Shown: positions 28,265 to 38,865, counted from the stretch's first letter. The stretch is DNA of 64,000 bases from Acidobacteriota bacterium (GCA_016184455.1 JACPCS010000112.1:4822-68821); one strand, 5' to 3'. The notes: a model not told the origin generated them from the sequence alone. Made by a program: numbers and translations.

Positions 28265-29396
28265 CTATCGAGTCACGTTCGGTGATGTCGTGATCGGTGA
28301 CACCGCGCGGCGATACCTCAACGCCGCGCTCGGCCGTAACTGGGTGTCCGAGGGAGCGAACGTGCGGCTGTTCGAGCAGCGCTTCGCGGCCAGGTTCGGC
28401 TATCACGCAGCGGTCGCCACGAGTTCCGGTACCGACGCTGGCCTGGTGGCGATGGCCGCGCTGCACGATCTCGGCGCCAGCCGCGGCGACGAGGTGATCA
28501 CGCCCGCCCTGGCATTCGCGGCGACGGCAAATTGCATTCTCGCAGCTGGCTTCGTGCCGCGGTTCGTCGACGTGGAGCTCGAGACGCTGAACATCGATCC
28601 ACGCCGCATCGAGGCGACCATCACACCGCGCAGCCGCGCCATCCAGGTGGTGCACACGATGGGCAAACCCTGTCGCATGGACGAGATTCTCGAGATCGCG
28701 CGCGCGCACCGCTTGTCCGTCATCGAAGACTGCTGCGAGGCGCACGGCGCGACGCTCGACGGTGCGCTCGTTGGGTCGTTCGGCATGGCCGGCCTCTTCA
28801 GCTTCTACGCCGCGCATCTGATCTGCAGCGGCGAGGGCGGGATGATCGTGACCGGGTCGCCCGACGTCGCGGCTCTGTGCCGGTCGATCCGCACGCACGG
28901 CCGTCGCGATGGCGCGCTGTACTTCGACTTCGATCGAATCGGGTTCAATTCGAAGATGAACGACCTCGAGGCGGCCGTTGGCCTCGAGGGCCTCGAGGCG
29001 TTCGATGAGACGTTCGCCATCCGCCGGCGCCACTGGGCGCGGCTGCACGAGATGCTCCGTGACCTGGAAGAGCGGCTGATGCTGTATCCCGATGGTCCTG
29101 GAGAGACGGTCGCGCCGCACGCCTTCCCCCTCGTCTTGAGGGACGCCGAACGGATTGACGGCCTGTATGCACACCTAGAGCGTCACGGAATCCAGTGCAA
29201 GACGCTCTTCGGCTCGCTGCCGACACAGCACCGGGCGTTTCGGTTTCTCGGCTACCGCGAAGGCGACTTTCCGGTCGCGGAGCGGATCGGTCGCAGTGGC
29301 CTGCACTTTGGTCTGCACCAGTACCTGACCGATGCAGATGTCGAGTTCATCGCGGACACCGTGTCCCGGCATTTTGCGCTCACCCGTTCAGCATGA
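28257..29396 (+). CDS. DegT/DnrJ/EryC1/StrS PLP enzyme (His at the usual Lys position; possible 3-dehydratase)
   Basis: SSGT, IEDCCEAHG; FSFYAAHLICSGEGG carries H where aminotransferases have K, as in ColD-type enzymes. Confidence 0.8.
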   Translation: MSDYRVTFGDVVIGDTARRYLNAALGRNWVSEGANVRLFEQRFAARFGYHAAVATSSGTDAGLVAMAALHDLGASRGDEVITPALAFAATANCILAAGFVPRFVDVELETLNIDPRRIEATITPRSRAIQVVHTMGKPCRMDEILEIARAHRLSVIEDCCEAHGATLDGALVGSFGMAGLFSFYAAHLICSGEGGMIVTGSPDVAALCRSIRTHGRRDGALYFDFDRIGFNSKMNDLEAAVGLEGLEAFDETFAIRRRHWARLHEMLRDLEERLMLYPDGPGETVAPHAFPLVLRDAERIDGLYAHLERHGIQCKTLFGSLPTQHRAFRFLGYREGDFPVAERIGRSGLHFGLHQYLTDADVEFIADTVSRHFALTRSA

Positions 29397-30334
29397 TGGA
29401 CGTTGCGAGCCGCGTCTTCGTCGCTGGTGCCGAAACGCCGATCGGGAGCGCCATTGTGGCGGCGCTGCGGCGGCGCGGATACACGCGCGTGTTCGGCGAC
29501 GACGTATCGGAAGCAGCCCTGACCGATCCCGCAGCCGTCGACCGCTCGTTCCGGCGAGTCCATCCGGAGTACGTGTTTCAGGCCGCGGGCCGGAGTGGCG
29601 GCATCGCATTGAACCAGCGCGATCCGGCGGACCTGATGATCCACAACCTCCGCGTCACGCTGACGGTGCTGGACGCCGCGCGCACGCACGGCGTGCGAAA
29701 GCTCCTGTACATCGGCAGCTCGTGCGCCTATCCGAAGGCGTGCCCGCAGCCGATGCGGCCGGACGCACTCATGACGGGCCCACTGGAGTGGACGAGCGAG
29801 TACTACGCGACGGCGAAGCTCACCGGCATCCGCCTCTGCCAGGCGTACCGCCGGCAGTACGGGGCGCCCTTCATTGCCGCCATTCCGGCGAATCCCTTCG
29901 GCCCCGAGGATCACTTCGACGATGAGAACAGCCACGTGATCGCGGCGCTCATCCGCCGGATGCACGAGGCGAAGGCCAGCGGCGCGCCGACGGTCGCCGT
30001 GTGGGGCAGCGGGGCGCCGCGACGTGATTTCCTCTACGCGGACGACCTCGGCGACGCCTGCGTCTTCGTGCTGCGCCACTACGACGGGCTCGACCCGATC
30101 AACGTCGGCTCGGGTACGGACACCTCGATCGCGGAGGTCGCGCAGCTGGTCCGCGAGGTCGTCGGCTACGCCGGCCGGCTCGAATTCGATGCGACGCGGC
30201 CCGACGGCATGCCCCTGAAGCTGCTCGACGTCGCACCGCTCCTGGCGCTGGGGTGGCGGCCCAGGGTTCCGCTGCGCGACGCCATCCAATTCACCTACGA
30301 CGCCTTCCTGGCTGTGCAACCGGTGCTGCAATGA
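29393..30334 (+). CDS. fcl: GDP-L-fucose synthase family epimerase/reductase
   Basis: GSSCAYPK..PQPM, YATAK, SHVIAALIRR, VWGSG..RRDF, PDGMP.K motifs. Confidence 0.82.
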   Translation: MMDVASRVFVAGAETPIGSAIVAALRRRGYTRVFGDDVSEAALTDPAAVDRSFRRVHPEYVFQAAGRSGGIALNQRDPADLMIHNLRVTLTVLDAARTHGVRKLLYIGSSCAYPKACPQPMRPDALMTGPLEWTSEYYATAKLTGIRLCQAYRRQYGAPFIAAIPANPFGPEDHFDDENSHVIAALIRRMHEAKASGAPTVAVWGSGAPRRDFLYADDLGDACVFVLRHYDGLDPINVGSGTDTSIAEVAQLVREVVGYAGRLEFDATRPDGMPLKLLDVAPLLALGWRPRVPLRDAIQFTYDAFLAVQPVLQ

Positions 30335-31137
30335 CACTTCACGCTGCCGAACGTCGATGCCTCGAGCACGTGTTCACGATTCTCGAGCTCAATGGCCTCG
30401 GCCACACGGGCGGCTCGCTGTCCGTGCTCCAGACGCTCGTGGCCCTCTATTTCGACGTGGCGCGGGTGGACCCGGCGAACCCCGCCTGGCCTGACCGCGA
30501 TCGCATCGTGCTGTCGAAGGCGCATGCCTGCGAGGCGATGTACGCGGTTCTCGCGGAGCGCGGGTTCTTCCCCGCCGAGCGATTCGCAGAGTATCTGCGC
30601 TTCGGGTCGATGCTGCAGGGGCACACCGAGCGGTGCACGCCGGGCGTCGAATATTCGGGCGGGTCGCTCGGACAGGGCATCTGCTTCGCGGCCGGCCTGG
30701 CGTACGCCGCGAAGCTGCGCCGCCAGCAGCACCGCATCTTCTGCATCGTCGGCGACGGCGAGTGCCACGAAGGCTCCGTCTGGGAGGCGGCGATGTTCGG
30801 TGCCCATTACCGGCTCGACAACCTCTACGTCGCCGTCGACTACAACCATTACGCCGACCACGCCAACATCTCGGAGCTGATGGAGCTCGAGCCGTTCGTC
30901 GAGAAGTGGCGGAGCTTCGGGTGGGAGACGGTGTTCGTGGAGCAGGGCAACGACGTCGAACGCGTCGCAGCCGCGTTCAAGGGCGTCACCGCCGAGGGAC
31001 GGCCGAAATGCCTCGTCGTGAACACGGTGAAGAACTGTGGCGTGGCCGTCTGGGCCGAGCACCGTCTGCACCAGGCCAACGGCCAGCTGCTTCGCGACGG
31101 ACTCGCCGAGGGGAGGGCGCGGCTGCATGTGGAATGA
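30331..31137 (+). CDS. Transketolase N-terminal (ThDP-binding) subunit
   Basis: GHTGGSLS, RDRIVLSKAH, LQGH, GSLGQG, GDGECHEG motifs. Confidence 0.9.
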   Translation: MTLHAAERRCLEHVFTILELNGLGHTGGSLSVLQTLVALYFDVARVDPANPAWPDRDRIVLSKAHACEAMYAVLAERGFFPAERFAEYLRFGSMLQGHTERCTPGVEYSGGSLGQGICFAAGLAYAAKLRRQQHRIFCIVGDGECHEGSVWEAAMFGAHYRLDNLYVAVDYNHYADHANISELMELEPFVEKWRSFGWETVFVEQGNDVERVAAAFKGVTAEGRPKCLVVNTVKNCGVAVWAEHRLHQANGQLLRDGLAEGRARLHVE

Positions 31138-32068
31138 CCAGGCGTTCCGGAAGATGCGCGAGGCCTACGGCGACGCGGTGATCGACCTCGCCAGGCACGA
31201 CCCGCGCGTGCTGTTCGTGTCGGCCGACTGCGGCGCCCACGAGCGCGAGTTCTTCCGCAAGGAGCACGCGGGACGGCTGATCGAAATGGGGATTGCGGAA
31301 GCGAATTCCGCGTGCGTGGCGGCGGCGCTGGCGTCCGAGGGGTTCAAGCCGCACCTGCTGAACTTCGCCTACCTGCTCGCCCGCATGTACAACCAGATCG
31401 GCCAGACCATCTGCGTCGACGCGTACCCGGTCCGCATCGCGGCGTACTACGCCGGTGTCTGGGGCATCGGCGGCCGATCCCACAACTGCGTCATCGACCT
31501 CGCCTTCATGCGGGCGCTGCCGAATCTGACGATCTTCTCGCCGGCGGACTACTGGGAGACCGCCACGATCGTGCGCCAGGCGGAGACGATCGATGGACCG
31601 ACGTATATCCGGCTCGCCGGCGTGCCGACGCCGGTCGTCTTCGACGCGCAGCCGCGGTTCACGCCGGTCCGGCGGATGGCCGACGGCGCCGACTGCACCA
31701 TCTTCTGTCACGGCCCGGCGGTGGCCGAGGCGCTGCGCGCCCGGACGCATGCCGGGCTGGATGCGGCCATCGTCAGCGTCGCGCAAATCAAGCCGCTGCC
31801 GGTCGAGGCGATCGTGGCGGAAGCGGCGCGCCGTCCGGCCGTCGTTGTCGTCGAGGATCACTCGCGCATTGGCGGGCTGGGCGAAGCAATCGCCGCTGCG
31901 GTCGCGGAGCACTGCCCGCGGCCGATCGCGCTCCTCGGTGTGCCCGACGTCTTCCCCTGGTCGGTCCTCGGCGAGGAGCCGGAGGTCTACGGGCGGTACG
32001 GCATCGGCGCGCGCGACATCGCCGCCGCGGTCGAGCGTGTGTCTCCATGTACAAACGTATTCTCGTAA
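31127..32068 (+). CDS. Transketolase C-terminal subunit
   Basis: MGIAEAN, FMRALPNL, PTYIRL, IKPL, EDHSRIGGLG motifs. Confidence 0.88.
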   Translation: MWNDQAFRKMREAYGDAVIDLARHDPRVLFVSADCGAHEREFFRKEHAGRLIEMGIAEANSACVAAALASEGFKPHLLNFAYLLARMYNQIGQTICVDAYPVRIAAYYAGVWGIGGRSHNCVIDLAFMRALPNLTIFSPADYWETATIVRQAETIDGPTYIRLAGVPTPVVFDAQPRFTPVRRMADGADCTIFCHGPAVAEALRARTHAGLDAAIVSVAQIKPLPVEAIVAEAARRPAVVVVEDHSRIGGLGEAIAAAVAEHCPRPIALLGVPDVFPWSVLGEEPEVYGRYGIGARDIAAAVERVSPCTNVFS

Positions 32069-32988
32069 CCGGCAGCTCCGGCGTCCTCGGTGCGGCGGTG
32101 AGGGCCGTCAGCGCCGAGTACGCGCAATCGGAATTCGTTTTCTTCACGAGCCGCGACTGCGACCTTCGCGACCCGGCCGCCACGCTGCGGGCGTTCCGCG
32201 AGGTCAGGCCCGACGCCGTGCTGCACCTCGCCGCGGTCAGCGGCGGCGTGACGCTCACGCGCGAAAGGCCGGCAACGGTGCTCCGCGACAACCTGCTGAT
32301 GACGCTCAGCGTCCTCGAGGCGGCCCGCCTCGTGCCGGTCAGGAAGACGGTGATGACGCTGTCGACCGGCATGTATCCGCCGGACGCCGCGCTGCCGCTC
32401 AAGGAAGCATCGGTGCACGCGGGACCGGCGCACGAGTCGAACTACAGCTACGCCTATGCGAAGCGCCTGATCGAGCCCGCCATCCGCGCGTATCGCCAGG
32501 AGTTCGGCGAGAACGTGATCGGTCTCGTGCCGAACGGCATCTTCGGCGAGCACGACAAGTTCTTCAGCCCGGCGGCCACGTTCCTTGCCTCGCTCATTCG
32601 CCGCTTCTGCGAGCATCGTGATGATACGGAGCCGATTGTCGTCTGGGGTGACGGCTCTCCGCTCCGCGAGATGACGTACGGCAAGGACATGGCACGCGCG
32701 TTCCTCTGGTGCCTGTTCAACTACGACGACGCGCAGATCCTGAACGTGGGTACTCCCGAGGAGCGAACGATTGGCGAGATGGCGCTGATGATTGCCGACC
32801 TGCTCGGGATCGCACGCTCGCGCGTGATGTTCGATCCCGCGAAGCCGGGCGGTGTGTTCCGCAAGACGACCGATCAGAGCCGGTTCCTGGCGTTGTCCGG
32901 GTTTCAGTTCACGCCCCTGCGCGAGGGCCTCCGGCTGACGCTCGACTGGTTCATGGCGCAGTACGGGGCTGCCGCCGCATGCCGGTGA
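32047..32988 (+). CDS. GDP-sugar epimerase/reductase (second Fcl-like SDR)
   Basis: VTGSSGVLG, HLAAVSGG, SNYSYAYAKR, VWGDGSPLRE motifs. Confidence 0.82.
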   Translation: MYKRILVTGSSGVLGAAVRAVSAEYAQSEFVFFTSRDCDLRDPAATLRAFREVRPDAVLHLAAVSGGVTLTRERPATVLRDNLLMTLSVLEAARLVPVRKTVMTLSTGMYPPDAALPLKEASVHAGPAHESNYSYAYAKRLIEPAIRAYRQEFGENVIGLVPNGIFGEHDKFFSPAATFLASLIRRFCEHRDDTEPIVVWGDGSPLREMTYGKDMARAFLWCLFNYDDAQILNVGTPEERTIGEMALMIADLLGIARSRVMFDPAKPGGVFRKTTDQSRFLALSGFQFTPLREGLRLTLDWFMAQYGAAAACR

Positions 32989-33947
32989 ACCCGCGCGCAC
33001 TCGGCCGCACGGGCCTGACGGTTTCCGAGATTGGTTTCGGGGCCTGGGGGATCGGCGGCACGGCCGACGGCGCCGTCGGCTACGGTCCGGTGGACGACGC
33101 CGTGTCACTGCGGACGCTGGGCCGCGCCCTCGACCTCGGGATCACGTTCTTCGACACGTCGGACCTCTACGGGTACGGCCACAGCGAGCGCCTGCTCGGT
33201 GAAGCGCTCCGCGGCTGGCGGCCGCGCGTCGTGATCGCGTCGAAGGTGGGCATGCTGAACGCGGCGGACGAGCAGGATTTCTCTCCGCGCCACATCAGGA
33301 CCGCGCTCGAGCGCAGCCTCCGCCGCCTCGGGACCGACTACGTCGATGTCTACCAGCTTCACGACCCTCCGGTGGCAGCAATGGCCGCCGACGATCCGGC
33401 GCTCGTGGAGCTGCGGCGGCTCAAGCAGCAAGGAACGATTCGCGTGGTGGGGATCTCCGTCAGGTCGCCGCACGAGGCGATCGACGCGGTCCGCCGGCTC
33501 GGCGCCGACTGCGTGCAGCTGAACTTCAGCCTGATCGATCAGCGAGCGCTCGACACCGGCGCGCTCGCCGAATGTGGCCGGCTCGGTGCCGGCGTCATTG
33601 CGCGCACGCCGTTGTGCTACGGCTTCCTCAGCGGCCGCCTCGACGCGAACCGGATGTTTGGCGACGGTGATCACCGCAGACGCTGGCCGGCGGCACAGCT
33701 CGCGAGGTGGGCGGACGCGCCGGGACGGTTCGAAGCAATCCGAGCGGCCGACAGCCAGACCGCCGCGCAGTTCGCCCTGCGGTTCTGCCTCTCCTTCGGT
33801 GAAATCTCGACGGTCATCCCTGGAATGCTCTTCGAGCACGAGGTGGAGGAGAACGCGGCGGCGAGCCATCTGGGGCCGCTGGCGCCGCACTCGGTTCGGG
33901 CGGCGGAGCTCGTCTACCAGCAGCACGAATTCTTTGGTGGCCGCTGA
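32979..33947 (+). CDS. Aldo/keto reductase
   Basis: LGRTGLTVSEIGFGAWGIGG, FDTSDLYG, SLRRLGTDYVDVYQLH motifs. Confidence 0.9.
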   Translation: MPVNPRALGRTGLTVSEIGFGAWGIGGTADGAVGYGPVDDAVSLRTLGRALDLGITFFDTSDLYGYGHSERLLGEALRGWRPRVVIASKVGMLNAADEQDFSPRHIRTALERSLRRLGTDYVDVYQLHDPPVAAMAADDPALVELRRLKQQGTIRVVGISVRSPHEAIDAVRRLGADCVQLNFSLIDQRALDTGALAECGRLGAGVIARTPLCYGFLSGRLDANRMFGDGDHRRRWPAAQLARWADAPGRFEAIRAADSQTAAQFALRFCLSFGEISTVIPGMLFEHEVEENAAASHLGPLAPHSVRAAELVYQQHEFFGGR

Positions 33948-33963
33948 CACCCCTCGATCACAG

Positions 33964-34791
33964 ATGAATCGGACCGGCGGTCCCCTCGTGAGCATCGTCA
34001 CGCCTGTGTTGAACGGGATGCCCGATATCCGTGCCTGTCTCGACAGCGTCGCCACCCAGACCTACCCGCACATCGAGCACATCCTGGTGGACGGGTGCTC
34101 AACCGACGGCACCGTGGAGCTGATTGCCGACTACGCCGCGCGATACCCCGATCGCGTGCGGTTCACGTCTGAGCCGGACTCCGGCTGTGGAGACGCCTGG
34201 GCCAAAGGCGTGAGGATGGCGCACGGGCAGATTCTCGGCTGCCTCGGGGCGGACGACCTCTGCGAGCCGGGCGCGGTCGACGCCGTCGCCGTCTTCTTCC
34301 GCGAGCATCCCGACGCAATGTTCGTGCACGGCGGCTGCCGTCAGGTGTGGGGCGACGGCACGGCCGTCATCCATCGCCCCACACCATTCGACTACCGCAC
34401 GTTCGTGCGGACAGCGCGGCACATCGCCACGCCGTCGTCGTACTACCGGCGCGAGCTCGTCGAGCACGTCGGACCGGTGGAGGAGTGCGGCAACGATTTC
34501 GAGTTCATGCTGCGCGTGGCACGCGTCTGTCAGGTTCACTCGCTCGACGCCACGCTGTCGACGCTGTCCCGGCGCGTCGGAACGGCGTTCAACCCGCTCG
34601 ATCCCGTACGCCGAGCGGTATCGTTTCGCGACGACTACGAGGCCAGCCGCCGCCACGGCGGCGGCCGGCTGTCGCCGATCGCGCTCCGGTACTACTGGGC
34701 GGCGCTCTCGGCGCGCCTGGGCATTCAGCCGACCTCGCGAATTGCCCGCGGCCTGTCCGCGGCGGCGCGTGCCGTGAGGGCGCACCGGTGA
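33964..34791 (+). CDS. Glycosyltransferase family 2
   Basis: VSIVTPVLN, VDGCSTDGT, LGADD motifs. Confidence 0.88.
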   Translation: MNRTGGPLVSIVTPVLNGMPDIRACLDSVATQTYPHIEHILVDGCSTDGTVELIADYAARYPDRVRFTSEPDSGCGDAWAKGVRMAHGQILGCLGADDLCEPGAVDAVAVFFREHPDAMFVHGGCRQVWGDGTAVIHRPTPFDYRTFVRTARHIATPSSYYRRELVEHVGPVEECGNDFEFMLRVARVCQVHSLDATLSTLSRRVGTAFNPLDPVRRAVSFRDDYEASRRHGGGRLSPIALRYYWAALSARLGIQPTSRIARGLSAAARAVRAHR

Positions 34792-36365
34792 GCATCGTCC
34801 CCGCCGCGTGGGTGTCGGCGGCTCGGACCGCGGTCGTCCTGGCCCGCCGCCGCGAGGCGCAGGCGGTGCTGGCGGCCTACGGCCACCTGGTGTCGAGTGC
34901 GGCTGTGTTCGTCTTCCTCACGCCGATCATTCTCGACGCCGTCGGCGCCGCCGCCTACGGCTATTGGGTGATTCTCAACGCGCTCGGCGGCTACCTGCTG
35001 CTGAGCGATCTCGGCCTGTCGACGGCCGTCGCGCGGTACACGGCGGTGCACCGCGCCACCGGCACCGCCGACAGCCTCAGCGCGTTTCTCTCCACCGCGG
35101 CTGCTGTGTTCGCCGGCACGGCCGCCGTGATCCTCGCGGCAACGGTTCTCGCGGCTCCGCTGGTGGTCCGCGTGTTCGACGTGCCCGCGCCGCTGCAGAT
35201 GGAGGTGACGGCCGCGGCGCTGATGACGGGCGCGAACGTCGCGGCGCTCCTGCTGACGCTGTTTGTCGCCAACGTCAACTACGGGCACAACCGCCTCGAC
35301 GCCTCGAAGGGGGCGACCGTGCTGGGCCAGGCCGTCATGGCGGCCGCGACCGTGTGGCTGCTGCGTCACGGCGCCGGGATCGACGGTGTCGCGGCCGCCA
35401 CACTGGCCGGGACGCTCACGACGCTCGCCGCGAACGCGATGTGCCTGAGGGCCGGGTGTCGCGACGTCGTCTTCAGCGCCGCCCGGATCGAGAAGGCTGC
35501 GCTCGCGGGTGTCTGGCGCTACAGCCTCCGAACCCTCGTCCTGGCGGTTGCCAACCGCATCGTGAACTACACGGATGCGATCGTCATCGGCGTCGCCCTG
35601 GGCGCCGCGGCGGTCGCGAAGTACGAGCTGACGTTCCGTCTCTGCTTTCTTGCGACGTATCTGTTTGCCAGCGTCTCGATGGCGCTGTTCCCGAGATTTG
35701 CGTCCGCGACCTGTGATGCCGGCCACGAGGGCCGCACGCGCGCGACGTATCTGCGCGTGGTTCGGCTGTCAGTGCTCATCGCGGTTCCCGTCGGGATTTC
35801 CCTGGCGGCGTTCGCCGGGCCGTTCGTCACCGTCTGGGCCGGCCCAGGGATGTTTGCCGGCGGCAGCGTCCTCGCCGTGCTCCTGGCGATGCACGTGCTG
35901 CACGCGATCGGCACGCCGGCGGTGACGTTCCTGCAGGGCGCGGGACGCAACCACGGGCTGATGTACGCGGAAATGGCCAACGCGGTCCTGAACCTCGCGC
36001 TGTCGCTCGTGCTGGTCCGCTCGTTCGGCCTCGCGGGCGTCGCCGCCGGCACGCTCGTCGCGCACCTCGCCACCTCGTTCTGGGTGTTGCAGCTCGTGCC
36101 GGCCCGGATGCTCGGCCTCTCGCCGATCGCCGTGTGGCGCCATGCGATCGCGGCGCCGCTCGCGCTCGGCGTTCCGGCAGCGCTGGTCGCCGCGGCCCTG
36201 GCGATTCAGCGCGCGGCCGCACCGACGCTGGTGTCCCTGGCGACGGCGAGCGCGGTCGTGGGGGGCACGTATCTGCTGACCTACCTCGCGTATGTGGCGA
36301 TCGGCGGCAGAGGGGCGGCACCTGTGACGGCCGGTGCGCCGGCCTCCGCGTTGAGTCAAACCTGA
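34788..36365 (+). CDS. wzx: Oligosaccharide flippase (Wzx/MOP family)
   Basis: ~12-14 TM segments; YGYW, DLGL..AVARY, D.IVIG...G..AVAKY motifs. Confidence 0.85.
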   Translation: MSIVPAAWVSAARTAVVLARRREAQAVLAAYGHLVSSAAVFVFLTPIILDAVGAAAYGYWVILNALGGYLLLSDLGLSTAVARYTAVHRATGTADSLSAFLSTAAAVFAGTAAVILAATVLAAPLVVRVFDVPAPLQMEVTAAALMTGANVAALLLTLFVANVNYGHNRLDASKGATVLGQAVMAAATVWLLRHGAGIDGVAAATLAGTLTTLAANAMCLRAGCRDVVFSAARIEKAALAGVWRYSLRTLVLAVANRIVNYTDAIVIGVALGAAAVAKYELTFRLCFLATYLFASVSMALFPRFASATCDAGHEGRTRATYLRVVRLSVLIAVPVGISLAAFAGPFVTVWAGPGMFAGGSVLAVLLAMHVLHAIGTPAVTFLQGAGRNHGLMYAEMANAVLNLALSLVLVRSFGLAGVAAGTLVAHLATSFWVLQLVPARMLGLSPIAVWRHAIAAPLALGVPAALVAAALAIQRAAAPTLVSLATASAVVGGTYLLTYLAYVAIGGRGAAPVTAGAPASALSQT

Positions 36366-36376
36366 AGGAACGCTCG

Positions 36377-37495
36377 ATGGCCTATTCAGTGCGCTTCGTG
36401 AACCCGCAGGAGCACTACCGCCGGCTCAAGCCTGAAATCGACGCCGCGATCATCGGCTGCCTGACGCGTGGCGATCTCGTGTATCGCGGCGAGCTGCGCG
36501 CGTTCGAGTCGCACCTCGCGGAATTCGTCGGCACCCGGTACGCCGTTGGCGTCAAGAGCGGCTATCACGCGCTGCACTTCGCGCTTCTCGCGGCTGGGAT
36601 CGGCCTTGGCGATGAGGTCATCACGGTGGCGCACACGTTCGTCGCCAGTGTGTCCGCCATCGTCCACTGCGGCGCGACGCCGGTGCTCGTCGACATCGGC
36701 GCCGACTACAACATGGATCCGGCGAAGGTCGAGGCGGCGATGACGCCGCGGACGCGCGCGATCATGGTGGTGCACCTGAACGGCCGCATGTGCGACATGG
36801 CCGCAATCGGGGCGATTGCCGGTCGGCACGGCCTGCTCCTGGTCGAGGACGCCGCGCAGGCGCTCGGCGCCACCTTCGACGGACGCCGCGCCGGGTCGTT
36901 CGGCATCGGGTGCTTCAGCTTTTACCCGTTCAAGATCCTCGGGGGATTCGGCGACGGCGGGGCGGTGACGACCAGTGACGCCCGCATCGCGCAGGCGATC
37001 AGCCGGATCCGCTTCAACGGCGAGGACCGCGAGACCGGCGAGTATCACTTTCACGGCTACTCCGCGCTCCTCGACAACGTGCAGGCGGCCGTGCTCGACG
37101 TGAAGCTGGCGCACGTGCCGGCCTGGATTGCGCATCGCCGCGCGATCGCGCAGCTGTACCACGAGCGGCTCACCGACATTCCTGGCCTGCGGCTGCCCCC
37201 GATCGATGGGCCCCGCCAGACCGACGTGTTTCAGAACTACGTCGTCCGGACGACGGAGCGTGACCAGCTGCGGGAGCACCTGAAGACGTTGGGGGTGGAG
37301 ACGCTCGTCCACTGGGCCCGGCCGATGTGGGCCCATCCGGCGCTTGGACTTGCCGATCCCGGCCTCAGCGACACCGCGCGTCTGTGTCGCGAGGTGATCT
37401 CGCTGCCGATGAGCGCCGAGACGACGGAGGCCGACGTGGCCGCGACCGCTGACGCGATCCGCGCCTGGTTCCTCTCGCCCGTGAGCGTCGCGTGA
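36377..37495 (+). CDS. DegT/DnrJ/EryC1/StrS aminotransferase
   Basis: EDAAQALGA, FSFYPFKILGGFGDGG motifs. Confidence 0.9.
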   Translation: MAYSVRFVNPQEHYRRLKPEIDAAIIGCLTRGDLVYRGELRAFESHLAEFVGTRYAVGVKSGYHALHFALLAAGIGLGDEVITVAHTFVASVSAIVHCGATPVLVDIGADYNMDPAKVEAAMTPRTRAIMVVHLNGRMCDMAAIGAIAGRHGLLLVEDAAQALGATFDGRRAGSFGIGCFSFYPFKILGGFGDGGAVTTSDARIAQAISRIRFNGEDRETGEYHFHGYSALLDNVQAAVLDVKLAHVPAWIAHRRAIAQLYHERLTDIPGLRLPPIDGPRQTDVFQNYVVRTTERDQLREHLKTLGVETLVHWARPMWAHPALGLADPGLSDTARLCREVISLPMSAETTEADVAATADAIRAWFLSPVSVA

Positions 37496-38865
37496 ACGTG
37501 ACCGAAGGCACGCTGTCGATCGGCGATCTGGCGGGACCGCTCGGTCTTGCGATCATCGCGCTCGCCGCGTGCCTGCTCGGCGCCGCCATGCTGCGGCCCC
37601 GCTGGGCGTGGCCGCTGCTCGTGATCGGCGCGATCGTCGGCAGCGGCCCGAAGCTCAAGGGGTACGTGGTCTACGACGAGCTGTTCCTGCTCGCACTGGT
37701 GGGCGGTGTGCTGCTGGCCGCGGCCGTGGGTGTCGTCCGCGAGCGGCTCACGCCGGCGCCGCGCACGGACACGGCCCTGTTTGTGACGTGGGCGCTCCTG
37801 ATGGCCGTGCAGTCCGTGCGGGGGATGCTGGCCGAAGGCGATCCCCGGATCGCCCGCTGGATTGCGATGTACCTGGCGCTCGCCGCGCTCGCCTGGGTAC
37901 TGAGCCGCTATCGCGTCGCGCCGCTCCGCAACCGCTATGCAGTCGTCGTCGGCGCGACGGTTGCCGTCTACACGGCCTATCTCGCCGCCGGCGCGTACTG
38001 GGAGGCGACCGTTGCGCCCGGCGCGCGGTTCTTCGCCCAGGGCTACGTCTGGGCCGGCACTGCCGGCGCCGTGTTCCCGACCGTGGTGGCATTCCCGGCG
38101 GCACTCCTGCTCGCGGAGCGCCAGCGCGGGTGGATGCGAGCCCTCGGGGTCGCCGGCCTGCTCGTCATCGCTGCGGTCGCCTGGTACTACGATTCGCGGT
38201 ACTCGTGGCTGGTGATGGGCGGCTACGTGGTCCTGTGGCTGACGAACCGCCTGTGGATGCTTGCAGGTACGGTCGCCGTGGCGGCGTCGTTCGTGCTCGT
38301 GACGGGCATGGGGCTCACCGCGTCGGACGCGGTCGACTACGTCAGCGACCAGACGCGCACGCTCCAGTTCGAGATCGCGCGCGACGCGATCGCCGACGAC
38401 TGGACGCTCGCGGCGATCGGTGCCGGGGTGTACACGCACCGCACCATCCTGCCGCCGTATGCGCAGCGCGCGTTCGACCGGTACGTCTCCGACGAGACGT
38501 TGAATGGCATGTGGCTCGACTACGAAGGACAACCCATCGCGCGCGGGTTCGGCGGCACGTACCGGACGACCGGCCTGCCGGCATTCTTCATCGATACGGG
38601 CATCCTTGGCATCGGACTGCTGGCGGTGTTGTTCATCCTGCGCGCGGTCGCGCTGGCGCGGAGTACGGCCTCGGATCGGCGGCTCTGGCTTGCGGCGCTG
38701 GCCTTCGGCGGAGCGGCCATGCTGCTCCTGAATCCGATCGACCTCGTCCTCTTCTATCTCCTCATCATGCCCGACGGCTTGCTCGACGAGCTCGCGGGCA
38801 GTAGCGCGCGTACCGCCGGGCGCCGCGCGGCAGCGGCCACGGTCCGCGCGGTTCGGGCAGCGTGA
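37492..38865 (+). CDS. Multi-pass membrane protein, probable Wzy polymerase
   Basis: ~11 hydrophobic segments with a large periplasmic loop, DSR and TGILG; located inside the glycan locus. Confidence 0.55.
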   Translation: MNVTEGTLSIGDLAGPLGLAIIALAACLLGAAMLRPRWAWPLLVIGAIVGSGPKLKGYVVYDELFLLALVGGVLLAAAVGVVRERLTPAPRTDTALFVTWALLMAVQSVRGMLAEGDPRIARWIAMYLALAALAWVLSRYRVAPLRNRYAVVVGATVAVYTAYLAAGAYWEATVAPGARFFAQGYVWAGTAGAVFPTVVAFPAALLLAERQRGWMRALGVAGLLVIAAVAWYYDSRYSWLVMGGYVVLWLTNRLWMLAGTVAVAASFVLVTGMGLTASDAVDYVSDQTRTLQFEIARDAIADDWTLAAIGAGVYTHRTILPPYAQRAFDRYVSDETLNGMWLDYEGQPIARGFGGTYRTTGLPAFFIDTGILGIGLLAVLFILRAVALARSTASDRRLWLAALAFGGAAMLLLNPIDLVLFYLLIMPDGLLDELAGSSARTAGRRAAAATVRAVRAA

